From the NCBI GenBank assembly GCA_964016885.1, contig OZ024765.1:13144001-13208000 (forward strand): a DNA stretch of 64,000 bases, in the 5' to 3' direction. This document shows positions 26,041 to 38,559 of this stretch, piece by piece. This DNA is from Eledone cirrhosa (Eukaryota). The notes below the pieces were generated by a model, which was given only the letters and a program-made list of their open reading frames with translations, searched no databases and was not told the DNA's origin. The position numbers were made by a program, and so were the translations under genes. How positions within the stretch are numbered: the first letter of the stretch is position 1; each line of letters opens with the position of its first letter.

Positions 26041-26290
26041 TTCCTTGAACAAGACACTTTATTTCACATTGCTCCAGTTTATTCAGCTGTAGAAATGAGA
26101 TGATAGGACTGGGGTCCATATCATTCCACTGCAAAGGTGGAGGTGCCACGGCAAAAAAAAGCACCCAGCACTCACTGTAAATGAGGTTGGTGTTAGGAAG
26201 GGCATCCAGCTGTAGAAATCAAGCCAGAATCAGTTCCCATTCCACCCTTGCAAGCAGGGAAAAGCGGACGTAAATTGATGATGATAATGA

Positions 26291-26294
<4 letters not shown>
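26041..26294 (+). mobile_element. SINE family B (5' truncated; CORE-like + RTE tail)
   Basis: ccttgaacaagacactttatttcac...cccttgcaagcagggaaaagcggacgtaaa(TGA)n. Confidence 0.85.
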
Positions 26295-26338
<44 letters not shown>

Positions 26339-26414
26339 TTATACTTTGGGAGGGTCATGTTGCCAATAAGATTTCAGATAATGAAATGATGAAATGAAAA
26401 TGATATATATATAT

Positions 26415-26753
26415 ATCATCATCATCATCATTTTACGTCCGCTTTTCCCTGCTTGCAAGGGTGGGATGGGAACTGATTCTGGCTTGATTTCTACAGCTGG
26501 ATGCCCTTCCTAACACCAACCTCATTTACAGTGAGTGCTGGGTGCTTTTTTGCCGTGGCACCACCACGTCCACTTTACAGTGGAATGATATGGACCCCAG
26601 TCCCTATCATCTCATTTCTACAGCTGAGTAAACTGGAGCAATGTGAAATAAAGTGTCTTGCTCAAGGAAACAACACATCACCTGGTCTGAGAATTGAACT
26701 CACAACCTTTTGATTGCAAGGCCAATGCTCTAACCACTAAGCCATGTGCCTCC
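26415..26753 (-). mobile_element. SINE family B, full length, inverted relative to 26041
   Basis: Minus strand: tggcttagtggttag A-box, gagttcaattc B-box, CORE-like body, RTE tail. Confidence 0.85.
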
Positions 26754-28835
26754 ATATATCATATATATATATAAATTATATTTGGGAAATGTAAATAAGA
26801 TAAAGAAATATTTACTTATTTTCTGAGAGCCTCCCTACTGCAGTTTCATTGAGCAAACCTCAGCAAATTTTTGCTGTGAAAATCTCAAATTATCAGGGAA
26901 CATTTTCAAACAAGAAAGAATTCACCTGAGTTGTCCGCTACCAGCGATAAATTCAAATGAGAGAATTATCACGTGATTAGTATCATACAGAGGGGCAGAG
27001 GTATGTGGACAATGACAAGTGAAAAGGCTGCACAATTATGAAATTGACTGTATAACAGTACCTTTGGTGTGCAGTACTCATATGTGCATAGGGCATGACC
27101 AGCCCATTTGAGTTGGGGTTACACTAGAAATGACTTAATCCTACCGATGTAGCACCTCGTGAAGAGATTGTCATTGGAGATTGTCAGAAAATGCATAACA
27201 TGGATAGAACGAAGACAATGTTTGTGGAAGACATCAAACCATTGTTTCGTACACAGCTCTATTAAATGGTAAATTATATTTTATAACTGGTAAATTATAT
27301 TTTATAACTGGTCTTTATTGTGATCTAATTAAATAGAATTCATTTCTGATTATCTGTGTAAAGATGCAGATACAACAGTATTATATTTAAGCTAGAAACA
27401 TTAATCAACGTTTGTTTTAACATCTAGATGTCTTGAAGCTGTCATTCATTGTCCAGTTTGTCTTAAGTTCTGACAATTTCAACATATTGTCACATCTTAC
27501 GTTTTAAATACGAAAGTATTTTACATCTATATTATTGTAAACATATCTTTTTGCCTTTATCACATCTACCGTATTAAATATGTAAGTATCATGTACCTAT
27601 ATTATTGTCAGTAATCTACTGGGTAATTGCTGGCCTTGTGCCAAAAGTAGAAACAATTACTGTAAATATATCTCTTTACCTTCATTTCTTCAATATAATG
27701 TTACATCTTCCATATTAAATATGTAAAGTATTATATTTCTATTTTATTGCAAACATATCTCTTTACTTTCACCTTTATATTTTGATATGTTCAGTGGGAT
27801 AATTAAAAAAAGAAACTTTACGAAAGTAATGATGCTGTTTTTATATTTCAAATTCTTCGTTTTCCACTCATCACTCCATTCCAGTTTTTGTTATTTCTTA
27901 CGACTTAACATCGACAGAAAGACAAGGTTTGTAATTTTAAACTGCAGTCTTATTTAGACTGTATTTACTTATATTTCTACCATGTGATAGGTTTTAGTGT
28001 TGCTAATTAGACATCGATATTAATTCTCCACTCTACCACCTGGCCTGAAATTATCGATTAAACAGATTTAATCAACAACATATACTGTCTCTCTACATAT
28101 ATATATGTACATAAGCCGGCGTAATTCTTTGTCTCTACTATATATATATATAATTCTTTGTCTTGTATTTTTAAACCCCAGTCTTATTTAGGCCGTATAT
28201 TTCTACCATATCGAGCAAGGCCATTCCCGTAATGGGATCAGGTCCTTGTCTTCTTTCCTACTTATTAACACTTTGGTTTGAAGGAGATTTGTTGTTGATG
28301 AAAATTACAGCTACGATTCTTGTATTTTGTATTTTATTTTTATTATTTCTAATCATCCCACTCTCTCAATTAATGATTGTATTCCTATAATAATATATAT
28401 TAAAAATGAACTACATGATACTTGGTGAGCTGACAGAATGGTGCCATATCCAACCTTCATACCCCCTTTCCATCACATTCCTATCTGTCTGTCTACCTTT
28501 CTCATTCTAATGAACTGAATGGCTTCATTGGGTAGACGCCACCTTCCCATCTTTGCATGACCTGGATAGATGTGGGCTGTATAAGCCACTGGGATGTCAG
28601 CTTATCAAGGAGAACAGTGACTCTGAATAAAAACTAATATAGGGTGGAGAGGGCCCTTGAGTTTGGTCTGACAACATCTCGAATGTTGGTGGCACCAAGA
28701 ACACACCCAGTCCACACTGCAAAGTGTTTGTGATAGGAAGGGTATCCAGTCAGAAAGTCTCTGCTTAATATGAAAGCAAATATCATACTGCATATGTATC
28801 TTGGAAGATTGAATTGGATTAGTTCCATTGTTCAG

Positions 28836-29328
28836 GTAAAGTTTTATATCTACAATTTATTAATGTAGAAATATAATAAAAAATCTCAAGTTTGAATCAC
28901 TATATTTTATATATCTTCTATATGTTAGATAAATATAAACATTTTAAGCAGGATTTTTTAACCATTTAGCATTTAAACTGGCCATATCTGGCCAAAAGCT
29001 CACCTCTTTCTGTTCAGACTGACTGTAAGTGGCTGCTCATACTGATATTAAGGTATTGTTCTCAAAATAAATATCAAAATCTCATAGATTTGATATTATG
29101 TGAGATAAATCCTTTACCATGAAAATATAATAGAATATATAGAGTAATGTAAATGCTAAAGGGTTAAACATCAAATTGTTACGGGAGTCCACCATAGTAA
29201 AATAAGAATCAAAGAGGTCCATAGGTAAAATAAGGTTGATAACCAATTTTATATGTTAGATAAATATAAACACTTTAAACCAGCTTTAAATATCCTTAAA
29301 ATCTTATACTGTTTCTCTATTATTTCAG
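28836..29328 (+). other. Probable 5'-UTR intron of ZNF-B1 (conserved in all gene-bearing units)
   Basis: Donor ttcag|gtaaag, acceptor tgtttctctattatttcag|; acceptors also at 38174, 48372, 56996, 63791. Confidence 0.55.
28958..29167. mobile_element. piggyBac-like MITE in ZNF unit intron (also ~37824, 48023, 56647, 63441)
   Basis: TTAA|CCATTTAGCATTTA...TAAATGCTAAAGGG|TTAA. Confidence 0.85.
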
Positions 29329-29716
29329 AATATCGGATGACATCAACATTAAAGTATTTTCTATACCAGAAACATCAATATTTATTTCACATGTTTTAAA
29401 GACTATACAGAACACATATGACCATGTCTATTTATTAAATCTATAATTTACTGTGAAATATTTCATTTCAACTAAGATTATTTCCAACATTTCTCTACTT
29501 TACTGTATGGAATGTGTTTGAAGTTGACTTTGTATTGTGACTAAACTTGGATAAATTAGATACATTTACAAAGGAGTTTGTAACATCTTTTGACATCAAC
29601 ATCAAAGTTGATGGAAATATAGCAGAAAGAATATTTCTTAAGAATAAATTATAAAAAAGAGGTAAAGTTGGTACAAAAGAATTTAAGACTTACCTGAATA
29701 CATTTTTGGTGAGGAG

Positions 29717-30604
29717 ATGGCGAATGGACAAGAGAAATCACCATACTACTGCAATATCTGTAAAAAGGCATTCTCTCAAAAACATAACTTAACTCTTCAC
29801 AAGCGTGTTCATACTGGAGAGAAACCATATCGCTGTGATATCTGTGGTAAATCATTCTCTGGAAGAGCTAACCTGACTTCTCACACACGTACACATACAG
29901 GAGAGAAACCATATCATTGTGAAATCTGTGGTAAATCATTCTCTAGAAATGGTGACTTAACTACTCATAAACGTATACATACAGGAGAGAAACCATATCA
30001 CTGTGACACCTGTGGTAAATCATTCTCTTTAAGCAAAGACTTGACTGTTCACATACGTATACATACAGGAGAGAAACCATATCACTGTGATATCTGTGGT
30101 AAATCATTCTCTAGAAATGGTGACTTAACTACTCATAAACGTATACATACAGGAGAGAAACCATATCATTGTGATATCTGTGGTAAATCATTCTCTACAA
30201 GTAATAACTTGACTATTCACACACGTATTCATACAGGAGAGAAACCATACCACTGTGAAATCTGTGGTAAATCATTCTCTAGCAATAGTGACTTAACTAC
30301 TCATAAACGTATACATACAGGAGAGAAACCATATCATTGTGATATCTGTGGTAAATCATTCTCTGCAAGTAATAACTTGACTCGTCACACACGTATACAT
30401 ACAGGAGAGAAACTATATCACTGTATCATCTGTGGTAAATCATTCCCTCGAAATGATGAATTGACTTGTCACACACGTACACATACAGGAGAGAAACCAT
30501 ATCATTGTGATATCTGTGGTAAATCATTCTCTCGGAGTAGTGAATTTACTGTTCACAAATGTATTTATACAAGAGGGAATACTCCAGTTGAGTCAACAGC
30601 GTGA
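29717..30604 (+). CDS. C2H2 ZNF-B1, 10 finger units (last degenerate)
   Basis: ATG at gaggagATGg; tandem 28-aa fingers; C-terminus [16 protein letters not shown]. Confidence 0.9.
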   Translation: MANGQEKSPYYCNICKKAFSQKHNLTLHKRVHTGEKPYRCDICGKSFSGRANLTSHTRTHTGEKPYHCEICGKSFSRNGDLTTHKRIHTGEKPYHCDTCGKSFSLSKDLTVHIRIHTGEKPYHCDICGKSFSRNGDLTTHKRIHTGEKPYHCDICGKSFSTSNNLTIHTRIHTGEKPYHCEICGKSFSSNSDLTTHKRIHTGEKPYHCDICGKSFSASNNLTRHTRIHTGEKLYHCIICGKSFPRNDELTCHTRTHTGEKPYHCDICGKSFSRSSEFTVHKCIYTRGNTPVESTA

Positions 30605-31789
30605 CAGTCTTTCTAACGTTTGTGATGTACTTGATAAATGCAGCCACTACATGCTTTAAAGTTGTTGATACAAAGGGAATCCAGTTGTAGAAAGCTGGTC
30701 AAACAAAGAGGATCCTTCAGTTATTTCAAAGACATTACAACCTCTCTCATGATGCCGACACAAAAAAATACACTCTGTAAAATTTTGTAACCTATATAAG
30801 TGAGATGCTGATCCCTGGCAAATCTGGGAAGTCCGTAGGTCCACGTTAGTACTGAGTTTGTCTGTGAAAACCCGTCCAACTCTTGCTAGCAGGGAAATTA
30901 GAGATGAAATGTTGATGATTAAGATTATGGTGGTCTATAACTTGTAGAAGATTATCAAACTCCTCCTGCCATCCACTTCAACTTATTTCCCTTCTCACTC
31001 TCCTGTCTCCATCAACTCTGTCCTGTCTCCTGCTTCAATCAACTCTGCTAAACGTTATTTTATTAAAATTTATGTAGAGAAAAGAAAGCAAAGAAAAAAA
31101 TTAAATTTTTCGAAACATTTTTTTTCTTTAATTTCTTGCTTGAAATGTTGATGGTTATTCCAAGAGTAAAACCCTACCAAGTACCTTGTGAGGTTTTTGA
31201 AAATTAAATATTGTTAAAATTTATAAGAATCTGTATTATTCTGTGTTGGTTTTTCATATTTTGTTTTTGTTGGTTTTCCTTATCTTTGTATCGAAATACA
31301 GTCAAGATTTAAAGAAATGAAAGTAATATTTGTTTACAAGAAGAATTTTAATAGATATTAGAGTATGTTATATGTTGTGATTTCGCAGTGAAAGGAAGCT
31401 ACAGTAGAGGAAGACCTGGGCAGAACTGGTGGGAGTTGAACCTGAAATGCTGAACCTAACAAAGGAATGCAGTAGCAGGAAAGAAGTGCTGGAAAAGACC
31501 TGTCCAATGTATTTAATCATGGAAAGGTAGACATAAAAGTATGATGATGATGATGATGCTGTAAGAGGTTTTTTCATCTTCACATTCCCAAACCATATCA
31601 CTGTAACAGGAGTATGGACCTATATCAGTTTCAACAACAAGTATTCCAGTTGTTTGATCAACAGAACAGCCTGCTTATGAAATTAACATGAAAGTGGCAA
31701 GCAATCTTGTGCTAAAAATAGGTCTAAAGTCTGTCTGAAGCCGGGAGGCAAAGGCCAGTGTTTCTCTCAGTTTTTGTGGTGCTAAGTCG

Positions 31790-32260
31790 CCAAGGTTAAT
31801 CCTTCCACCTGAATGCAGGTTGCTTTGCCTGATTATTATATGGGCACTAGCTGGGGTAAATATCCGCTCAGTTCTGGATCTGGCTGCATTATCCAGAAGT
31901 GATGAGAAAAAACCAGATGGCTTTACACTTTATTTCTGGGTAAGAGACAGGTGTTTTATCTGGGACACTATAGTCAGTGACACTTTTGCTCCTTCCCACA
32001 TCATGGATGCTGTGGTAAATGTAAGGGTCAATGCTTCCATTGCCTAATGGAATAAAATCCTAAATTACTGGGAGCTATTGAACAATTATTTCTTCCAGTC
32101 TGTGGTATTTAAGACGTTTTGAGGAGCTGGGCTGCTGACGGCAAAATACTTGTCATTGCTGGTCGCTCGAGGTGTCAGGTGATACCCGTGAGGGCGCTGA
32201 GTTGTTCCTGGACCTTGGTCTTGCCTTACCAAGGTGTCGGGTAATACCATTGAGGGTAAC
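31790..32260 (+). mobile_element. Fossil CRE-like non-LTR retrotransposon RLE domain (also ~41260, 52045, 59825)
   Basis: LSRSDEKKPDGFTL.W.R.RCFIWDTIVSDTFAPSH resembles the GKRPDG...W..G....WD..V.DT.A.S PD-(D/E)xK motif. Confidence 0.65.
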
Positions 32261-33292
32261 GAATTGTTCCTGCCCCTTAGCCTTGACTTACTGTTGTGTC
32301 AGTTTATAACTTTGAAGGTGCTGGGTTGTTCTAGCACCTTAGCCACGCCATCACCCGTGCTAATGCTGCCAGCATATTGGTTTACTTTAAACATTTCCTT
32401 TGACACTTGTGATTTTCTGTGGGATAGATTGTCGCATTTGGGAGTGAATTGATGGTAGTTTTTGTTTAATTTCCACTCCTCATTCTTTCACTCTTATTGT
32501 GTATTTTGGTGCGTTGTATTTGTGAGGTTCCTAGCAATGGTTAATTGTATTTTTTATATGTGTTTATATTTTCATTCTGATGGAATTGTGAACACTTTGT
32601 AATGAATTTTTAATCCAAATAAAATTTTAACATCTATATATCTAAAACAGAGAATGTCTGTCTGTCTGTCTGAGTCCCTAAAACTCGAGAACCACCGAAC
32701 AGATTGTTTTCAAACTTTACACATGTAATACTTATGGTCCTGTGAGTGTTTTGAGCAAAAACAATTTGAAATTTTCAATGCCCTAGGGACTGCATTAGGC
32801 GATTTAGCGATCTCTCTCTATAATTCTTAGTCTTGCTTTTTAGATAGATATAACGTTGCCCCCTTATAGTATGTCTGGCTGTCTGCATTACGGCATTATA
32901 GCTTCACTATCCGTGTGTGTATATATCTATATATAGTGTGTGTATATATGTGTGTGTAACGTTTTTCGAAATATTTACTTCTGCATTCACAGATTGATTT
33001 TTTTAGTTTCAGAAGATCCCGTTAAGGGTGAAAGCAGCGATTCTTTGCTTAAACTTTAATCTGTTATTTTAATATAACGTTATTTGCCTATAACGATAAC
33101 CGGTTATCCCGTATATATAGGGACAGTAGCCCCGCCACACCGAGCCCACGGTAAACCACCCCCTACACTTTCACCACCCCTACCCCTGCCTCGATCGACT
33201 CCTATGGCAGCACAGACTTATGCATATGTCCATACATAGATCCTGTTATTTAAGATTGTACATGCACTGATACTTACATATGTGTGTGAGTA

Positions 33293-35144
33293 TCATCATC
33301 ATCATCTTCATCATCATTTTACGTTCGCTTTTCCCTGCTTGCAATGTTGGGACGGGTCTTATTCAGCAGAGCATCTCTCCACTCATCACGGTCCCTCGTC
33401 ATCTCCACCGTGAGCTTCAATGATCTGAGGTCTGTTCTCACCACCTCCGCCCATGTTTTTCGTGGTCTACCTCTACCACGTCTTCCTTCAACTGGCAATT
33501 CCTGGCACTTCTTCACCCATCGGTCATCCTCCATGCGCATCACATGTCCATACCACCTCAGTCTCCTCTCCACTACATTCTATCCCTCTCAGACACAGTT
33601 TCTCTCTCAACACATTTATGCTGGGTCGTTCACGCACATTTACACTGCACATCCAACAGAGCATGCTTGCCTCATTTCTCTCCAGCCGTCGCATATCCTC
33701 TGCAGTTGCTGCCCATGTCTCACTACCATGCAGCATCGCGCTCCTCACACAGGCATCATACAACCAGCCTTTCGTACGCAGGGAGAAACCCTTCTTCGTT
33801 AACAGAGGAAGCAGCTCCCTAAACTTCTTCCAACCCGTCCTTATTCTAGATACTATGGCCTCGGAACACCCTCCTCCCATGCTAATCTGATCTCCTAGGT
33901 ACCGGAAGATATCCACCACTTCTATAGCGCCCTCTTGCATTTGAAAAATGTGTCTATCAGTGCGACTTCTACTGTCTAATTTCCCTGTACATCTACTGCA
34001 TACATATTTCTCCCTACCTTTTAGTTTGCCTGCTATCCCGCTACATCTCTTGTGTACCCAGGATCTGCATTGTGTGCATTTTATAGAATTTATGCCAGTT
34101 CCTTTTCTGCATATCGAACATGGCCATTTCCCTGACGGAATCAGGGTTTTGTCCTCTTTTCTACTCATCAACACTTTTATCTTAGCTAGATTCACTCTCA
34201 GTCCTCTTGCTTCCAACTGCTGTTTCCATAGCCAGAATTTATTCTCTAGCTCCTCTGCTGATTCTGCTATAAGAACCAGATCGTCAGCGTAGAGAAGTTC
34301 CCATGGACAGCCAGTCTTAAACTCCTCTGTTATGGCTTGGAGGACTATAATGAACAAGAGCGGGCTGAGGACCGAACCCTGATGTACTCCTACTTGTATC
34401 TGGAATTCCTCACTAAACTCCATTCCTACCCTGACTTTACTGAGAGTACCTCTGTACAAAGTTTGCACTGTCCTCACAAGCCATTCCTCAACACCTAGCT
34501 TCCTTCGGGACCACCAGATGACAGATCGGGGTACCCTATCAAAGGCCTTCTCTAGGTCAACAAAGGCTAAGTATAGTGGCTTATTCTTCTCTAAGAACCT
34601 CTCTTGCAATTGTCTCACCAAGAAGAAGGCATCTGTTGTACTCTTCCCAGGCACAAAATCAAACTGCATCTCATCTAGTTTGACCCTTTCTCTAATTAGT
34701 TGTGCTAAAATCCTTTCTGCCACTTTCATAACCTGATCTATCAGTTTCATACCCCTATAATTGCTCCTCTCCAAAGCATCCCCTTTACCTTTGTAGCAAT
34801 TTATGAGAATACTGCTGCACCAGTCTTTGGGTATGACACCACCATATATAGCCTGATTCATGATGCGTGCAACCAGTTTAGTGCCTACGTCCCCTGATGC
34901 CTTCAGCATCTCAGCAACTATTCCCGATGGTCCGGCAGCCTTACCATTTTTCATTTCCCTAATCGCCTCTTGGACCCTATATTCGTCAATCTCAATAGCT
35001 GGTCCCTCTGTCGGATCTACCAAGGGTAATTTCTCTCTCTCCCATTCGTTCTCCACATTCATCAGTCTCTCATAATGACATTTCCAGGCCTCCTTTTTCT
35101 GATCATTCGTGACACTAAGTACACCGGCATCATCCCGGACACAT
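33293..35144 (-). mobile_element. 5'-truncated RTE LINE: RT + PHD finger, frameshift near 3' end
   Basis: KAAGPSGI, FVDLEKAFDRV, GVHQGSVLSPLLF, YADD; frameshift ~33572; (GAT)n tail; absent from the same site in units 2 and 3 (~42770, ~53560). Confidence 0.95.
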
Positions 35145-35817
35145 TATATATATGTGGGTGTGTGTGAATATGGGATGCACCTGGGCCCGTGTTGGTGCAT
35201 GTGGGCTTGCAACGATGTGGGTTGACATACACGCATATGTACTCTATGCCAAATTGATATTTGATATTGGCTATAACAAGCACGCATTTTATTCCATTTT
35301 ATTCATTTATTTATTTAGCTTTTTACTTCTTCATTTTATTGTATTGTATCTTATTATTTTATTATTTATTTTATCTTATTTTTTTATATTTGATTTCTTC
35401 ATTTTACCTTATCTGATTCCAATATCTGTTTGGCACCCCCCACCATGTGAAAGGGTTGTAGGATTGATGCCAACCCACACACACTCATTATTCTAAAGAC
35501 AGCAGCAGTAGAACTAAGGCTGACTCCCTAACACCAATAAACACAAGGGAGGAGGTCAGCTGTGCTTAACAAAAAACAACCACAACAGATTGTCTTGCCT
35601 CATAAAAAAATGTCTATAGACTTTTGGCTGAGGAATGTTCTCATAACTGACCAATGGGAGGACAGAGTGTCCTATGATGCCGAAATTCGTTTGTTCGAAT
35701 TCATATGATTCCAGTTCCTCAGAAATAACAACCCAACCAGGAGCTGGACATATCGGAGTATTGATGGAGCAAAACAATTTAACAACATATGTCCCGGACT
35801 CTACCACACCAATTCGA

Positions 35818-35872
35818 ACTGCCTGAAGAGGTCACAGCCAATGATGGATGTCACCGAAATATATATAGCAGT
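35818..35872 (+). ncRNA. Type I hammerhead ribozyme motif
   Basis: Stem I actgc/gcagt; CTGAAGA 35823-35829; stem II ggtcaca/tgtcacc (1 mismatch); GAAA 35856-35859; T-ATAT-A stem III; AUA triplet ending 35867; AATAAA just downstream. Confidence 0.75.
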
Positions 35873-38559
35873 ACATCTTTAATAAACGAAGCCAAATCTT
35901 AAATATTTGATTTAATTACTTTATTTTATTTTATATATATATAATTATATATTCGTGTACAGATATTTTTGCATAGACAATAACAGAATATAAACAAACG
36001 TATTTATTTCACGAGGCTCGATAAGGATAAATATATATTAAATATATATTAGATCACTAGAGCAAATGCCGAGCAACGCCGGGCCATTCTGTTAGTCATA
36101 TATAAAACAAAAAATATTTTTAAAAGAGTTACTCTCAGAGAAATATTGTTAAACACAAAATTGTTCACTGTTGGCCATTGTTTTGTACACAGCTCTATTA
36201 AATGGTAAATTATATTTTATAACTGGTTTTTACTGTGATCTAATTAAATAGAATTTATTACCGATTATCTGTATAAATATGCAGATACAACATTATTATC
36301 TTTAAGCTAGAAACATTAATCAACGTTTGTTTTAACATCTGGATGTCTTGAAGCTGTCATTCATTGTCCAGTTTGTCTTAAGTTCTGACAATTTCAACAT
36401 ATTGTCACATCTTACGTTTTAAATACGAAAGTATTTTACATCTATATTATTGTAAACATATCTTTTTACCTTTATCACATCTTCCGTATTAAATATGTAA
36501 GTATCATGTACCTATATTATTGTAGATATATCTCTTTACCTTCATTTCTTCAATATATTGTTACATCTTCCATATTAAATATGTAAAGTATTATATTTCT
36601 ATTTTATTGCAAACATATCTCTTTACTTTCACCTTTATATTTTGATATGTTCAGTGAGATAATTAAAAAAAGAAACTTTACGAAAGTAATGATGCTGTTT
36701 TCATACTTCAAATCTTCGTTTTCCATTCATCACTCCATTCCAGTTTTTGTTATTTCTTACGACTTAGCATCTACAGAAAGACAAGGTTTGTAATTTTAAA
36801 CTGCAGTCTTATTTAGACTGTATTTACTTATATTTCTACCATGTGATAGGTTTTAGTGTTGCTAATTAGACATCGATATTAATTCTCCACTCTACCACCT
36901 GGTCTGAAATTATCGATTAAACAGATTTAATCAACAACATATACTGTCTCTCTACATATATATATGTACATAAGCCGGCGTAATTCTTTGTCTCTACTAT
37001 ATATATATATAATTCTTTGTCTTGTATTTTTAAACCCCAGTCTTATTTAGGCCGTATATTTCTACCATATCGAGCAAGGCCATTCCCGTAATAGGATCAG
37101 GTCCTTGTCTTCTTTCCTACTTATTAACACTTTGGTTTGAAGGAGATTTGTTGTTGATGAAAATTACAGCTACGATTCTTGTATTTTGTATTTTATTTTT
37201 ATTATTTCTAATCATCCCACTCTCTCAATTAATGATTGTATTCCTATAATAATATATATTAAAAATGAACTACATGATGCTTGGTGAGCTGACAGAATGG
37301 TGCCATATCCAACATTCATACCCCCTTTCCATCACATTCCTATCTGTCTGTCTACCTTTCTCACTCTAATGAACTGAATGGCTTCATTGGGTAGACGCCA
37401 CCTTCCCATCTTTGCATGAACTGGACAGATGTGGGCTGCATAAGCCACTGGGATGTCAGCTTATCAAGGAGAACAGTGACTCTGAATAAAAACTAATATA
37501 GGTTGGAGAGGGCCCTTGAGTTTGGTCTGACAACATCTCGAATGTTGGTGGCACCAAGAACACACCCAGTCCACACTGCAAAGTGTTTGTGATAGGAAGG
37601 GTATCCAGTCAGAAAGTCTCTGCTTAATATGAAAGCAAATATCATACTGCATATATATCTTGGAAGATTGAATTGGATTAGTTCCATTGTTCAGGTAAAG
37701 TTTTATATCTACAATTTATTAATGTAGAAATATAGTAAAAATATAGTAAAAAAAAGTTTGAATCACTATATTTTATATATCTTCTATATGTTAAATAAAT
37801 ATAAACATTTTAAGCTGGATTTTTTAACCATTTAGCATTTAAACTGGCCATATCCTGCTAAAATTTCACCTCTTTCTGTTCAGACTGACTGTAAGTGGTT
37901 GCTCATACTGATATTAAGGTATTGTTCTCATAGATTTGATATTATGTGAGATAAATCCTTTACCATGAAAATATAATAGTATATATAGAGTAATGTAAAT
38001 GCTAAAGGGTTGAACATCAAATTGTTACGGTGGTCCACCACAGTAAAATTAGAATCAAAGAGATCCATAGGTAAAATAAGGTTGATAATCAGTTTTATAT
38101 GTTAGATAAATATAAACACTTTAAACCAGCTTTAAATATCCTTAATATCTTATACTGTTTCTCTATTATTTCAGAATATTGGATGATATCAACATTAAAG
38201 TATTTTCTATACCAGAAACATTAATATTTATTTCTCATGTTTTAAAGACTATACAGAACACATATGACCTTGTCTATTTATTAAATCTGTAAATTACTGT
38301 GAAATATTTCATTTCAACAGATTATTTCCAACATTTCTCTACTTTACTGTCTGGAATGTGTTGAAATTGATTTTGTATTGTGACTAAATTTGGATAAATT
38401 AGATAAATTTACAAAGGAGTTTGTAACATCTTTTGACATCAACATCAAAGTTGATGGAAATATAGCAGAAAGAATATTTCTTAAGAATAAATTATAAAAA
38501 AGAGGTAATGTTGGTACAAAATAATTTAAGACTTACCTGAATACATTTTTGGTGAGGAG

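Larger units (their letters stand above)
32633..36095 (+). mobile_element. Helitron-like module, unit 1 (cargo: RTE LINE, PLE-like remnant)
   Basis: A|TCTATATATCTAAAA 5' end; 3' ccgagcaacgccgggccattctgTTAG|T (hairpin + degenerate CTAG). Confidence 0.65.

Noticed and set aside
28000-28070. ATCGAT/DRE-like motifs as ZNF promoter
   Set aside because: Imperfect matches; TSS cannot be placed without CAGE or RNA data
32234-32452. 72-aa ORF repeated in four units (also 41146-41511 and similar)
   Set aside because: Conservation reflects recent segmental duplication; GTG or TTG starts; overlaps a TE fossil
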